Shown here one piece after another: positions 40,347-50,771 of a DNA stretch of 64,000 bases. Numbering within the stretch: the first letter of the stretch is position 1; each line of letters opens with the position of its first letter. This stretch comes from Ostreococcus lucimarinus (lineage: Eukaryota), in assembly GCA_000092065.1 (NCBI GenBank), contig CP000585.1. One strand, written 5' to 3'. A program made the position numbers and the translations under genes. The notes under the pieces are model-generated. The model was given only the letters and a program-made list of their open reading frames with translations, searched no databases and had not been told where the DNA came from.

Positions 40347-41963
40347 ATGATCTCCAGCCTCGCCTGGGTGCCTCCCGGCGCCGCGAGCGCGTCGCCCAAG
40401 TACGCGGACGTCCCCGAAGAGGAGCTCGAGCGGCTCGCGCATCGCGCGCGCGACGTCGCGCGTCGCCGCGACTCGCGACGGCGCGACTCCGACGCCTCGG
40501 ACGCGTCGGAAGACGAGGATGGGATGACGGACGATGATTCGGACGCGTCGAGCGGCGACGCGTCGGACGAGAGCGACTGGGAAGAGGTCGAGGCGGACGC
40601 GGAGGAGGATTTGGACGAAATGGCGGCGGACGAAGAAGACGCGAAAGAAACGACGACCAAGGCGGTGGCGAAGGCGAAGGCGGTGGCGAAAGCGGCGAAA
40701 GGAATGGTTGATGATCTCGCGGAACTGAACATGGACGCGTACGACGATGAAGAGGAGGATGAACGCGCGGCGGCGGGACGGTTGTTCGGAAGCGGACGCA
40801 TGACGCACTACGACGGAAACGAGGACGATCCGTACATGACGATTAAGGATAGCGATGACGACGAGGATGAGATGCCGGACGATATGACGATGGCGGAGAC
40901 GGATTTGGTGATATTGGCGGCGCGAACGGACGAGGATGTGTCGCATTTGGAGGTGTGGGTGTACGAGGAGGCGGGAGTGACGGGGAACGCGGAGACGAAT
41001 TTGTACGTGCATCACGACGTGCTTTTACCGGCGTTTCCGTTGAGTGTGGCGTGGATGAATTGCGCACCCAAGAGCGGGACGAATGAAGTCAACTGTGCGG
41101 CGATCGGGACGATGTATCCAGGGATCGAGATTTGGGATTTGGATTGCGTGGACGCCGTCGAGCCGGTGACGACGCTGGGGGGATATTCAGACGAGGCGAT
41201 CAAGGCTGCGAGTAAAAAGGGTAAGAAGGGCGGCAAGAAAGAGTCGAAAGCGTTGAAAGGCGGCTCACACGAAGACGCCGTCATGGGATTGTCGTGGAAT
41301 CGCGAGTTTAGAAACGTCCTGGCGTCGGCGAGCGCCGACACGACGGTTAAGATTTGGGACATCGCGACGGAAACCGCCTCGCAAACGCTGAATCATCACA
41401 AAGGGAAAGTGCAGGCGTGCGAATGGAACCCAGCTGAACCTACTGTGCTTCTCACAGGATCTTACGATAAAACGGCTCAAGTTGTAGACGTCCGCGCGCC
41501 CGATAATGCATCACTTACGTGGAAAGTCGGCGCCGACGTCGAGAGCGCAATTTGGCACGTCGGATCGCCGACGCAGTTTTTAGTATCGAACGAAGATGGG
41601 CTCGTGATGTGCTTCGATACACGCATGGGATCAAAGTCGGACTGTGTTTTCAAGCTCCAGGCGCACGACAAGGCCACAACAGGGCTGAGCATGGCGTCTG
41701 GTGCGCCCAACCTATTGACGACGTGCTCCACGGACAAGTCGATCAAATTGTGGGATTTGAACGATGGTAAACCGTCCTTACTGTGTCAGCACTCTCCTCA
41801 AGTGGGAGCTATTTTTGCGTGTGGATTTTCGCCTTCGGTGCCGTATTTGATAGCCGCCGCTGGCTCCAAGGGCACCGTGGCGGTTTGGGACATCCTGTCG
41901 GAAGCCGCAGTCAAGCAAACTCACGGAAAAACTCTCGAACAATACTATCGCGTGTCAAAGTAA
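40347..41963 (+). CDS. PWP1: Periodic tryptophan protein 1 (PWP1), WD40
   Basis: MISSLAWVPPGAASASPKYADVPEEELE matches the PWP1 N-terminus (ISALAWV.RG.A...P.KY). The region is acidic, followed by WD repeats (HEDAVMGLSWN, ASASADTTVKIWD, LLTGSYDKTAQVVD). Confidence 0.9.
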   Translation: MISSLAWVPPGAASASPKYADVPEEELERLAHRARDVARRRDSRRRDSDASDASEDEDGMTDDDSDASSGDASDESDWEEVEADAEEDLDEMAADEEDAKETTTKAVAKAKAVAKAAKGMVDDLAELNMDAYDDEEEDERAAAGRLFGSGRMTHYDGNEDDPYMTIKDSDDDEDEMPDDMTMAETDLVILAARTDEDVSHLEVWVYEEAGVTGNAETNLYVHHDVLLPAFPLSVAWMNCAPKSGTNEVNCAAIGTMYPGIEIWDLDCVDAVEPVTTLGGYSDEAIKAASKKGKKGGKKESKALKGGSHEDAVMGLSWNREFRNVLASASADTTVKIWDIATETASQTLNHHKGKVQACEWNPAEPTVLLTGSYDKTAQVVDVRAPDNASLTWKVGADVESAIWHVGSPTQFLVSNEDGLVMCFDTRMGSKSDCVFKLQAHDKATTGLSMASGAPNLLTTCSTDKSIKLWDLNDGKPSLLCQHSPQVGAIFACGFSPSVPYLIAAAGSKGTVAVWDILSEAAVKQTHGKTLEQYYRVSK

Positions 41964-41997
41964 TAAAAACTACCAATCACTAGATTTCACTACAAAG

Positions 41998-44268
41998 TTA
42001 CGCGTTCAACTGTCGCGTGAGGGTCTCAAACTTCTCTTGAAGAAGCTTTTCGCGCGTTCGCGCGGCTTCCACAAGCTCGAGCCAGTATTCGATTCTATTA
42101 GGCGCTGCGCGTTCTTCTTGCACGTGCAAAACGGCGTAAGACGCCGCCTCAGTGGACAAAGCCTTGACTTCCTCCACAGTCTTCTTCAGTTTGTTGCACA
42201 ATTCTCCATTCCGCTTCTGAAGCCCGGCCGTGAGGAGGATACATTTTTGCTCCAACTTGGCTGCGCGTTTTGCGTCCTTCTCCATTTCCCCTCTAACGAG
42301 TTCGAAAGTCGCTTTTGCCGCTTCGAGCTGTTGTTCTTTCGACGCTTCATCGACAGAGATCTGCGCATTGAGACTCGGTACGAAAATAAGTTTCTTCCGC
42401 TCCGCGACGAGCGCAGCGGAGAAGGCTTCGGCGAAATCTTCTCTCGACACGTTTTGCTCTCGCAACATCTCATCAGCCTCCGTATCGACGAGTCGACGGG
42501 CCGCCACGAGCAAAGATTCGTCAAAATCTTCGAGTGCGGGCGCGGACTTGGACTTCTTGCCATATTTGGCGATGTCGTTCTCAAGCAAGGCGTGCGCCTC
42601 TTCGTTGACGAGCTTCGAAATCGAATCCTCGGCGAGCGGCGCGACTGGCGTCAACTCAGTCGGTCGAGGTAAATCGCGCTGGACAGCTTGGGAGCGCTTA
42701 CGGCGTTGAATCGCTTCATACTCCGCCAAGGCCGCGGCTTCGCGCGCACGAACGTCGGCTTCATCTTCCACGACGGCGTCCTCCATCGGCTCGTCTTCCA
42801 TCGGCTCGTCTGGGAGATCAATTTGATATTCGTTTTGTGGCTTCGGAAGCGACATGAACGCACTCTTCAATGAGGCAGCAGTCGACGCAGTGTGTGCACG
42901 TCGCTCTCGCGCCGAGAGATCGCCGAAGTGCGAGGCATACTGGTCGTTGATGTTCAATCCGTCGCGAATGGGCGTTTGCCCGTGCAGTGACGGCGTCGCG
43001 CCCATGTGCGAGCTCACATCACTTCGCGACGGCGTCGGTGCCGCTTTCGCGTGGCTTGGCGTCGCACCAGCAAAGTCAGTGGGCATGACGGCCGCCGCCT
43101 CTTCAGCACCACCGAATAAAGTCGACTGTTGTTGACGTCGGGCGGCTTGCTGCTGGGCCTCGATCAAAATCGCGTCGCCCCCGACTTGAGGCGTTCGCAT
43201 CGGCGTTCGCCCGGCTAATCCGGACGAGGTCGCCGGCGTTTGCCCGTATGATCCTAATAGCCCAGATGCAGGCGTCGCGCTGCCGTCGTCGAGCAAGCCG
43301 ACGCCTCCTTTGCCAATCTTTGCGATGTCCTCCAGCTCTCGGTCAGACACTTGCGGCGTCGGTAACATGAGCTTCGATCGTCGAAAAAACGACGCGTCGT
43401 TCACTTTGAGCGCTTGTTGTACTGCACCGGGCATATCGCGACGCTCTTGCATTTTCTGTTTCGCCGCCTCACGCTTCTTGCTCTCTTCGTCTAATTGCTT
43501 TGCGCTCTTCTTCCCTTCGAGCTCGGCGAGCGAAATTGGTTTAAACACCTTTGCAGATTGCTGCTTTGCAAATGCTTCGTCTTCTTCGCGCGTATCGTAC
43601 ATCACTGCGTCCGGCTTTCGTTCAAACGCGATTTCGGCGTTGTAATCCACGCCTCGAACGCGCTTTGCGCGCCGCACGTGTGCGATTCCTGCCGCCTTCA
43701 GTTCGCGCTTCTTTTGCAACTCAGCCAACCTTCTCGCCTCCTCCAACTGCTTCTCCCGTGCTTTTCGCTTCGCTTTTTTACCCTTCGTGTTCGCAAGTCT
43801 CGCTCGAGCCTCAGCGAGCATCTCCTTCTCGTCTTCATCCATATCCACCGCATCCGGTTTCGCCGGCTTCGTCTCTGGGTTAGGGTCAATTTCCCCCGGA
43901 CGCAGTCTTCTCGGATCATCTCCGGCGTCGTAATCGTCATCCTTCGCGCACGCCGCATCGAGTAACTTCTCATATCTCTCCAAGCACTGACTCGGCGTCC
44001 GTCCGACCACGGGCGCGATCGTTCTCCACTGCGTCGGCATCAATTTCGCCAGGTGCAGCAGCTTTTCGTCCTCCTCCCGCGTCCACTCCGTCTTTTTGAT
44101 GCTCGGATCGAGCCATTCGAACCATCGCGCTTTGCACTGCTTCGCCGACTTCCGATTCAACAGCGACGCGATTCTCGGCCACTGGTTCTTGCCGTACTTC
44201 ATCACCGCCGCCTTTAAGATCTCATCTTCGGTGTTTTTCCACACGCCGCCTTTGATTTGGATGCGCAT
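41998..44268 (-). CDS. CDC5: CDC5/CEF1 (CDC5L) pre-mRNA splicing factor, Myb-repeat protein
   Basis: MRIQIKGGVWKNTEDEILKAAVMKYGKNQWPRIASLLNRKSAKQCKARWFEWLDPSIKKTEWTREEDEKLLHLAKLMPTQWRTIAPVVGRTPSQCLERYEKLLD is nearly identical in pattern to the CDC5L Myb repeats; a long coiled C-terminus follows. Confidence 0.95.
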   Translation of the reverse strand: MRIQIKGGVWKNTEDEILKAAVMKYGKNQWPRIASLLNRKSAKQCKARWFEWLDPSIKKTEWTREEDEKLLHLAKLMPTQWRTIAPVVGRTPSQCLERYEKLLDAACAKDDDYDAGDDPRRLRPGEIDPNPETKPAKPDAVDMDEDEKEMLAEARARLANTKGKKAKRKAREKQLEEARRLAELQKKRELKAAGIAHVRRAKRVRGVDYNAEIAFERKPDAVMYDTREEDEAFAKQQSAKVFKPISLAELEGKKSAKQLDEESKKREAAKQKMQERRDMPGAVQQALKVNDASFFRRSKLMLPTPQVSDRELEDIAKIGKGGVGLLDDGSATPASGLLGSYGQTPATSSGLAGRTPMRTPQVGGDAILIEAQQQAARRQQQSTLFGGAEEAAAVMPTDFAGATPSHAKAAPTPSRSDVSSHMGATPSLHGQTPIRDGLNINDQYASHFGDLSARERRAHTASTAASLKSAFMSLPKPQNEYQIDLPDEPMEDEPMEDAVVEDEADVRAREAAALAEYEAIQRRKRSQAVQRDLPRPTELTPVAPLAEDSISKLVNEEAHALLENDIAKYGKKSKSAPALEDFDESLLVAARRLVDTEADEMLREQNVSREDFAEAFSAALVAERKKLIFVPSLNAQISVDEASKEQQLEAAKATFELVRGEMEKDAKRAAKLEQKCILLTAGLQKRNGELCNKLKKTVEEVKALSTEAASYAVLHVQEERAAPNRIEYWLELVEAARTREKLLQEKFETLTRQLNA

Positions 44269-44603
44269 GGTTCGCGTCTCTCTTCCGTCGTCGTCGGCGT
44301 CGTCGTTCGCACGAAGGGCGCGGCGCTGAAAGCGTCTTTACCTTCGTCTTCGTCGCGAGACCGCGCGCGTCGGTCGGTCGGTCGTGACGCGCGCGCGCGA
44401 CTGGCGCACGATCGCGGGGCGAGAATGCGCCGGCGAGGCGGCGAGACGCAAGGTTGCTTGTTATTATTTCAACGCGGCGGCGCCGAGGCCCCTACGCGAC
44501 GCGTCGTGCGCCGTGATAAGTAGTAAAGTATACGAAAGCGCATATTAAGTCGCAACATCGCTTCGGACGACCGAAGGAGTGCGTTATTGACGTTTACGTT
44601 AAT

Positions 44604-44677
44604 GACTGTTAACGACGACGACTGTTCGACGCCGGTTATTGACTGTTAACGACGACGACTGTTCGACGCCGGTTATT
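44604..44677. repeat. Perfect tandem duplication, 2 x 37 bp (gactgttaacgacgacgactgttcgacgccggttatt), immediately 3' of the ammonium transporter stop
   Basis: Seen directly. Confidence 0.9.
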
Positions 44678-44693
44678 GAGGGGAGTAATATCG

Positions 44694-45950
44694 TTAGACG
44701 TTGACGGCGCCGCCCTTCTTGGAGCCGCTCGGGTCTTCACTGTACGCCTTCGCGCCGTGCATGGAGACGTCCAAGCCCATCCTGCGGTCGCCTTCGCGGG
44801 GGACGACATCCATGAACTTTTCGAGAACCTTGATGATGGCGTAGCCCATGACGAAGGAGTACGCGGCGCAGCCGACGGCGGCGAGCAGCTGCTTGCCGAA
44901 GAGCTTACCGCCAGCTTCGAAGGCATTCCCAGTCATGGCGGCGCTGGAGAAGATGCCGACGCAGAGGGTACCGAAGAAACCACCCATACCGTGCACGGCC
45001 CACACATCGAGCGCGTCGTCGAGGTTGTACTTCTTCGTGAGTTCGATGCACGCGTAGCACCACGGCACGCAGAGCGTACCGATGGTGAGCGCGGCCCACG
45101 GCTTGACGTACGCGGCGCACGGCGTGATGGTGGCCAAACCAGCGATAGCGCCGACGCAGGCGCCAACAAGGGTGGGCTTGCCTTCCATCTTCCACTCGAG
45201 CATGAGCCAGAAGAAGAGAGCGGCGGAGGCGGAGATTTCAGAGTTCATCGCGGCGAGCGCGGCCGACTCGTTCGCCGCAAGGGCGGAGCCGCCGTTGAAA
45301 CCGAACCAGCCGAACCAGAGAAGACCGGTGCCGAGGGCAACGAAAGGGATGTTGTGCGGGTTGGTGTCGACGTCGTCACCCTCGAGCTTTCGGCGGTTGG
45401 GCAGCGCCACGACGGTGGCCAAGGCGGAGAAGCCCGCGGTGATGTGCACGACGATGCCGCCGGCGAAATCCTTGACGCCGTTGCGAGCCATCCAGCCCCC
45501 GCCCCACACCCAGTGGGCGAACGGGAAGTACACCAAGTGCACCCAGAAGAAGATGAACAGGACGTACGGCACGAATCGCACGCGATCCGCGAACGCGCCC
45601 GTCATCAGGCTCGGCGCGATGACGGCGAACATGCCTTGGAATCCCGCGAACACGAGCCCCGGCATCCCCTCGGCGTACGGCAATTCTTGCGTCGCCAAGT
45701 TTTCCAGGAAGTAGTGCGTGCGCGCGCTGCCGATCACGCCGTTCTTCGACGTCCCGAAGCACAGCGAGTACCCCCAGACGGCCCAAACCAGCGTGATCAA
45801 TCCCATCGACACGTAATTTTGCATCATGATCGTCAGCACGTTGGACGATCGCACGAGACCGCCGTAGAAGAACGCCAGTCCCGGCGTCATGAGGTTCACG
45901 AGCGCCATGGAGACGATCATGAACGCGGTGGTGCCCGCATCGATGGCCAT
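44694..45950 (-). CDS. AMT: Ammonium transporter (Amt/MEP/Rh family)
   Basis: TAFMIVSMALVNLMTPGLAFFYGGLVRSSNVLTIMMQNYVSMG is the Amt signature (D.AW.L.S.ALV..M.PGLA.FYGG). 11 TM helices; 418 aa. Confidence 0.9.
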   Translation of the reverse strand: MAIDAGTTAFMIVSMALVNLMTPGLAFFYGGLVRSSNVLTIMMQNYVSMGLITLVWAVWGYSLCFGTSKNGVIGSARTHYFLENLATQELPYAEGMPGLVFAGFQGMFAVIAPSLMTGAFADRVRFVPYVLFIFFWVHLVYFPFAHWVWGGGWMARNGVKDFAGGIVVHITAGFSALATVVALPNRRKLEGDDVDTNPHNIPFVALGTGLLWFGWFGFNGGSALAANESAALAAMNSEISASAALFFWLMLEWKMEGKPTLVGACVGAIAGLATITPCAAYVKPWAALTIGTLCVPWCYACIELTKKYNLDDALDVWAVHGMGGFFGTLCVGIFSSAAMTGNAFEAGGKLFGKQLLAAVGCAAYSFVMGYAIIKVLEKFMDVVPREGDRRMGLDVSMHGAKAYSEDPSGSKKGGAVNV

Positions 45951-46039
45951 CTTCGCTCGCTCGCGTGCGGCGCGCTGTTCTGCGGCGCTGTGCTGCGGCG
46001 CGCGCCGCCGCGTCGGCGCGAACCGCCGCGCGTCCGAAC

Positions 46040-46140
46040 GAAATCTATATCTATATATTAGAAGGCTTTAAATACGTATTTCTCTGTGAGTATGATTTAT
46101 CTTGCGTGTAGATACTGTATGTACAAACAGTGACACATTA
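46040..46140. promoter_or_regulatory. AT-rich island (about 30 % GC) with TATA-like runs inside an otherwise >65 % GC intergenic region; candidate core-promoter region
   Basis: aatctatatctatatattagaaggctttaaatacgtatttctctgtgagtatgatttatcttgcgtgtagatactgtatgtacaaacagtgacacattagatacg, seen directly. It lies ~100 bp upstream of the AMT start on the minus strand. A regulatory function is inferred from composition only. Confidence 0.3.
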
Positions 46141-46820
46141 GATACGACGCCCCGGGGGAACTTCGGCGAATTCAATCGACACCGCCGCGCGCGCGCCATC
46201 GAGCGACGCGGGCGGCGCGCATGTCGCGCGCGCGCGCGAGATGCGACGCGATGCCGTCGACGATCGCACCCCGCGCGCCCGCGCGCGCGTTCGCGTCCAA
46301 ACGCGCGCTGGACGCGATGCGAAAGCTGCGCGAACGATGCGACGACGGGCGTCGCGCGGTGCGCGACGCGCTCGCGGCGAGCGCGGACGCGCTCCGAGGG
46401 ACGCGCGCGAGCGCGAAGGAGACGGAGACGGCGATGGAGGCGTTCGTGAACGGGGCGAGGGAGGTGCTGACGCGATCGGGCGATCGGACGGGGGTGGGGA
46501 AGGAGAACGAGAGGTGCGACGCGGCGACGCGAGCGACGCGCCAACAGTTATCTCGCGAGACGCGAGGACGAGACGAGAGACGAACGGGACGGGCGCGATG
46601 GACGACGCGGGAGGGCGGTCGAGGGATGAAATCAATTGTGGTGACGCGTGGATCAGCGCGATCGGTGGTCAGAGCTCGAGGCGCGCGAGGGTGAAGACGA
46701 ATGGAAGACTGACGACGAAGACGCGCCGCGCGGCGCGCGACGGCGACGCGCAGCGCGAAAGCGACGACGACGACGCGCGGGAGCGCGAGGAAGAGCGGCG
46801 GCGCGCACGCCTCGAAAGGT

Positions 46821-48707
46821 GTGACGCCTGGTAAGGGGTTACGCGCGAGAGGGGGGGAGAATGTTGGGGATTCGAAGGGAGAGACGGCGAGGGCGAGGGC
46901 GACGGATGGCGCGACGGTTCCCCCCGAGGCGAGCGCGAGCGAGGCGAGCGAGGGACGAACGGTTGAGGTTAGCGGTGCGGGCGGCGAGGAAACGGGCGCG
47001 AACAAGTCTGAAAAAGATGGCGTGATGGCCGATGACACTGCGCGAGACGGTGGACATTCGACCGAGGCGTCTGGCGGCGCGCGCGTATCCGCGGCGCGCG
47101 CGTACGCCGACGTGCAGACGCCAAAGAACGTGAAGAAGATTGCGTGGCAAACCGCGGGGGCGTCGAACGAGCGCGTGACGAGAAAGAGTATGCGAAGTGC
47201 GACGCGGGGCGGTGCGCCGGTTTCGACGGTGAAGAACGTGAACGAAGATGCTGAGATGAAGGACGGCGCGGCGCCGCTCGACGACGCGCCGAAGAGCAAA
47301 TCTGTCGACGCCGCGAAGATTGAAGAGCAGCAGGATCCATCCTCGGCCGGGCAGTCGAGCGAAAAGCGGAAGCGCGCCAAAGCGCGAGCAAACGGTATGG
47401 CTTTTCTTAAGGCTGATATCCCCGCGCTCGCCGCACAGAATCCCAAAGCCGGCGGCGCGGTGGTTTCGACCGAGTTGAGAATTTCCCCCCGCACGCTCGC
47501 GATGGACAAGGCAAAGCAGAGTGCGTCGAAGGAACCCGCGGCGGCACCAGGGACGGCGACGATGACGTCTGAATCGAAAGAACCCGCATCAGCGCCCACA
47601 GTGGTGGCACCCGTCCTAGCGCCGCGCACCGTCGCTCCCAAGCATCCAGTCGATCAGCGCAGTTTGATGGAGTCGTTTATGATTCAGCCTGAGAATGTAT
47701 CGGCCGCGGTCGATCTCGCACCGTTGTCATCGTTCCAAAAAATGTCGGCGACGCCTTCTCAGGTGAAGGCTTTCCAATCTATGAGCTTGAACACGCCTTC
47801 TCACCAGGCAACTCTCGGCGAGCAATCCGCGCAACGTCCCAAACCGCCGTCTTCGCTGGCGCCGGTGACGACGGCGGCTGAGGCGAACGATGTCATGAGT
47901 CGACTCAAGCGCGCGATGGAGGCTCGATCACGCGCGGACGAAGAGAACAAGCGTCAATTAGAGAGTGCGCTTCGACAAAAGGAAGAAGAGCGCAAGCGAC
48001 GCGAGATGGAGATGCAGGCGCGAAAGGCCAAGCAAGCTGATCAGGAAGCGCGCGAGCGAGAAGAACGACGCCTGCGTCAAGAGCGTTTGGCTCAGTTTCG
48101 ACTTCAAGAAGAAGAGGCGCAACGAAAGGCGGCGATGGAGAAGAGTAAGTGGGCAAAGATGCTTGAGGAACAAAAGAAGGCGACGTTTGACGTGTCGACG
48201 AAGCCAATGCCAGTGTCGTTGAAACGCACGAGCGGTCAATCTGGTTTCACGTCTTCCGCTTCTCACGAAGCAGAAAAGCGTCGCCGACTGCTCGAGAACG
48301 CGCAAGCGGCAATTCATGGCCATTCCCATCAATCTTCGGCCGCCATGCGCACACCCACTCGCTCCATCTTCAGGACCAATTTTGCTTCGTCTTCGTCGCA
48401 GCAGCAACGCACGCCGTTGGATTCGTATCCGATTTCACCCTATTGCAGCAGCGACAGCGAAGACGATGAGCGACCGAAAAAAATGATCCCGGGATGGGCT
48501 CGTGGCGACGCCCTCGTTCCCCAGTTGAAAGCGCAGTCTTATGTGGACCCGGATGACATCTTCCCGAACCCCAGCCTCACGTGCAGCCTCGGCAAAATCT
48601 TCAAAAAGTCTAGCCACGACCGCCGACGTAGCAGTAGCAACTGGGCGCACGACAGGTTAACGCTCCAAGAGGAGTTAAGTTACAAGCAAAAGATGGGATT
48701 TCGCTAA
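46821..48707 (+). CDS. INCENP: INCENP (inner centromere protein)-like: SAH coiled-coil + C-terminal IN-box (Aurora-binding); 5' end uncertain
   Basis: IN-box KMIPGWARGDALVPQLKAQSYVDPDDIFPNPSLTCSLGKIFKKSSHDRRRSSSNWAHD matches human [67 protein letters not shown]. Preceding it is an E/R/K-rich single alpha-helix region (EEERKRREMEMQARKAKQADQEAREREERRLRQERLAQFRLQEEEAQRKAAMEK). The track start 46821 is GTG; the first in-frame ATG is at 47025. GT motifs at 46827/46841 and R-rich upstream ORFs (46221..46694) allow an additional 5' exon. Confidence 0.7.
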   Translation: MTPGKGLRARGGENVGDSKGETARARATDGATVPPEASASEASEGRTVEVSGAGGEETGANKSEKDGVMADDTARDGGHSTEASGGARVSAARAYADVQTPKNVKKIAWQTAGASNERVTRKSMRSATRGGAPVSTVKNVNEDAEMKDGAAPLDDAPKSKSVDAAKIEEQQDPSSAGQSSEKRKRAKARANGMAFLKADIPALAAQNPKAGGAVVSTELRISPRTLAMDKAKQSASKEPAAAPGTATMTSESKEPASAPTVVAPVLAPRTVAPKHPVDQRSLMESFMIQPENVSAAVDLAPLSSFQKMSATPSQVKAFQSMSLNTPSHQATLGEQSAQRPKPPSSLAPVTTAAEANDVMSRLKRAMEARSRADEENKRQLESALRQKEEERKRREMEMQARKAKQADQEAREREERRLRQERLAQFRLQEEEAQRKAAMEKSKWAKMLEEQKKATFDVSTKPMPVSLKRTSGQSGFTSSASHEAEKRRRLLENAQAAIHGHSHQSSAAMRTPTRSIFRTNFASSSSQQQRTPLDSYPISPYCSSDSEDDERPKKMIPGWARGDALVPQLKAQSYVDPDDIFPNPSLTCSLGKIFKKSSHDRRRSSSNWAHDRLTLQEELSYKQKMGFR

Positions 48708-48781
48708 CATTATTCTAGCAATGTAAACGATACGCTACATACGGTACTGCTGTTCGCTTGCTCGCTCGCTTACTCGCTCGC

Positions 48782-50590
48782 CTATGTCTTGACGGGATGG
48801 CCGTTTTCATCCAAACCTTCGACGCGCGGAAAGAGAGCGAGCTTTTCAACCTTAGTTCCCGGCTTCAATCCGCCCCATTTCGTTCGTTGTGCGATCGATC
48901 CCTCACCAAGGCCGACTCCAGCGTCGAATTCCGCCATCTTGTTGGGCATCAAAGGCTCCAACAACACCGCGGCGATGCGAAGCGCTTCGAGGCACTGGTA
49001 CAAACAAGCCGCCAATTCGGCGCTCTTTGACTCGTCCTTAGCCATGCGGAAAGGCTCGGTTTCCGTGATGAATAAATCGACATCCATGACGATGTTTTTC
49101 GCCGCCGCTGCGGCGCGAGGAAGGTCCAACTTGTCGTACGCCGTCAACGCGTCTTGAACGTGCGCGCTCGTGCGCGCCGGCCAGTCCCAGTTATCGAACG
49201 TCACCCGCGCACCGTTCGCCTCTTCGCTTCGCACTTCGCCGTCGAAGTACTTGTTAATCATCGCGGTCGTACGACTGACGCTGTTACCCATGGTATTCAC
49301 TAGATCGCTCGAATAGATTTCTTGAACGCGTTCGGCGCTAAAGTTGGCGTCTTGCGCGCCGATCGGTCCTTCGACGGCGAGATAGTATCGCATCGCATCC
49401 AAACCGTAATGCTCCTTGAATCGATCCATGCAAGCCAAATCAACGAAGTTACCTAGTGATTTCGACATCTTGCGTCCCTCGCGAATCCAGAAAGCGTGCG
49501 CGTGCACGCGCTGAGGAAGCGGCAAATCGAGCGCCATGAGGAGCGCGGGCCAAATCACCGAGTGAAACCAAGAAATTTCCTTGGCCATGATGTGCATGCT
49601 CGCGGGCCAGTACTTGGATCGATCGGCGTAAACGATGGAATCCTTACCATCGCCAAGACCGATAGCGGTGATGTAATTCATCAACGCGTCGATCCACACG
49701 TAAATGACGTGCTTTTCGTCATCCGGCATCGGGATGCCCCACTTGAAGTTGGTACGCGAAATCGGCACGTCGTTCAACCCTTCATTCAATCGACCGATCA
49801 TCTCGTTACGCCTCGCGCTGGGCGTCAAAAAATCTGGGTTATCAGCGTGCAGCGCCTCGAGCTCCTTCTGGAACTTGCTCAATCGAAAGTAATAATTTTC
49901 CTCGCTCGAGCGAACCATATCCTTTCCGCTAATCGGGCTCTTGTAATCGAGCTCCTTCGCCTTGGATTCGGTGTAATACTCCTCTTGTCCTTCGTCGTAC
50001 CACCCCTCAAAGCGACCCAAGTACACCGCATCCTTCTCCTGCAGCACCTTCACCAACGCCCGCACTTGTCTCTCGTGATAATCATCCGTCGTGCGAATAA
50101 ACTCGTCGAAGGAAATATCGTACGCCGTCATGACGTCGCGAAACTTTTGACTATTCTCATCCGCCAACGCCTGCGGTTCGATCCCTCGCTTCTCCGCGCT
50201 TTGCTCCACCTTCAATCCGTGTTCATCCGTGCCCGTGAGAAAGAACACGTCCTCCCCACGCGCCCTTCGATACCTCGCGTACGCGTCCGCCACCGTCGAC
50301 GTGTACACGTGCCCGATGTGCGGCTGATCGTTCACGTAATATATCGGCGTCGTCACGAACGTCGGCCCTTCGCTCGCGCGCGCCGCGACCGCGCATCCCC
50401 GTCCGCGCGTCGTCGCTCGCGTCGTCGCCGCGCGCGCGACGCATCCGCGCGTCGCCGTCGCCGTCGCCGCCGTCGCCGTCGTCGTCACCGCCGTCGTCCG
50501 CGTTCGTCCCGCGACCGTCGTCGCGCGTCGCGCGCGCGCCGTCCGTCGCGACAGCATCATCACCCGCGACGTCGCGGACGCGAGCGCCAT
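48782..50590 (-). CDS. MARS: Methionyl-tRNA synthetase, organelle-targeted type (class I aaRS)
   Basis: [44 protein letters not shown] (HIGH region) and KMSKSLGN motifs. T/A/R-rich N-terminal presequence. The true ATG is at 50590 (the track ORF extends to 51049 in the antisense of the SPO11 start). Confidence 0.9.
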   Translation of the reverse strand: MALASATSRVMMLSRRTARARRATTVAGRTRTTAVTTTATAATATATRGCVARAATTRATTRGRGCAVAARASEGPTFVTTPIYYVNDQPHIGHVYTSTVADAYARYRRARGEDVFFLTGTDEHGLKVEQSAEKRGIEPQALADENSQKFRDVMTAYDISFDEFIRTTDDYHERQVRALVKVLQEKDAVYLGRFEGWYDEGQEEYYTESKAKELDYKSPISGKDMVRSSEENYYFRLSKFQKELEALHADNPDFLTPSARRNEMIGRLNEGLNDVPISRTNFKWGIPMPDDEKHVIYVWIDALMNYITAIGLGDGKDSIVYADRSKYWPASMHIMAKEISWFHSVIWPALLMALDLPLPQRVHAHAFWIREGRKMSKSLGNFVDLACMDRFKEHYGLDAMRYYLAVEGPIGAQDANFSAERVQEIYSSDLVNTMGNSVSRTTAMINKYFDGEVRSEEANGARVTFDNWDWPARTSAHVQDALTAYDKLDLPRAAAAAKNIVMDVDLFITETEPFRMAKDESKSAELAACLYQCLEALRIAAVLLEPLMPNKMAEFDAGVGLGEGSIAQRTKWGGLKPGTKVEKLALFPRVEGLDENGHPVKT

Positions 50591-50771
50591 CGCGCGCCGT
50601 CTCGCGCGTCGACGCGTGGCGCCGGCGTCGACGCCGCGCGCGCGTCCGACCGCGCGAGATTTCGCCGCGCGAGGGCGAACGCTGGTTTCGCCACTCGAGG
50701 GCGAAAAGACGGATTCGGATTCGAACGCGCGTCGCGACGGGCGCGACCGGCGCACGTCGACGCGCGCCGCG

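Noticed and set aside
44676-46061. 461-aa plus-strand ORF
   Set aside because: Antisense of the ammonium transporter; G/R/D/E-rich.
46172-47641. 489-aa minus-strand ORF and the overlapping R-rich ORFs at 46068..46635
   Set aside because: Antisense of the INCENP coding region. The composition is A/S/R/P-rich with no domain signature.
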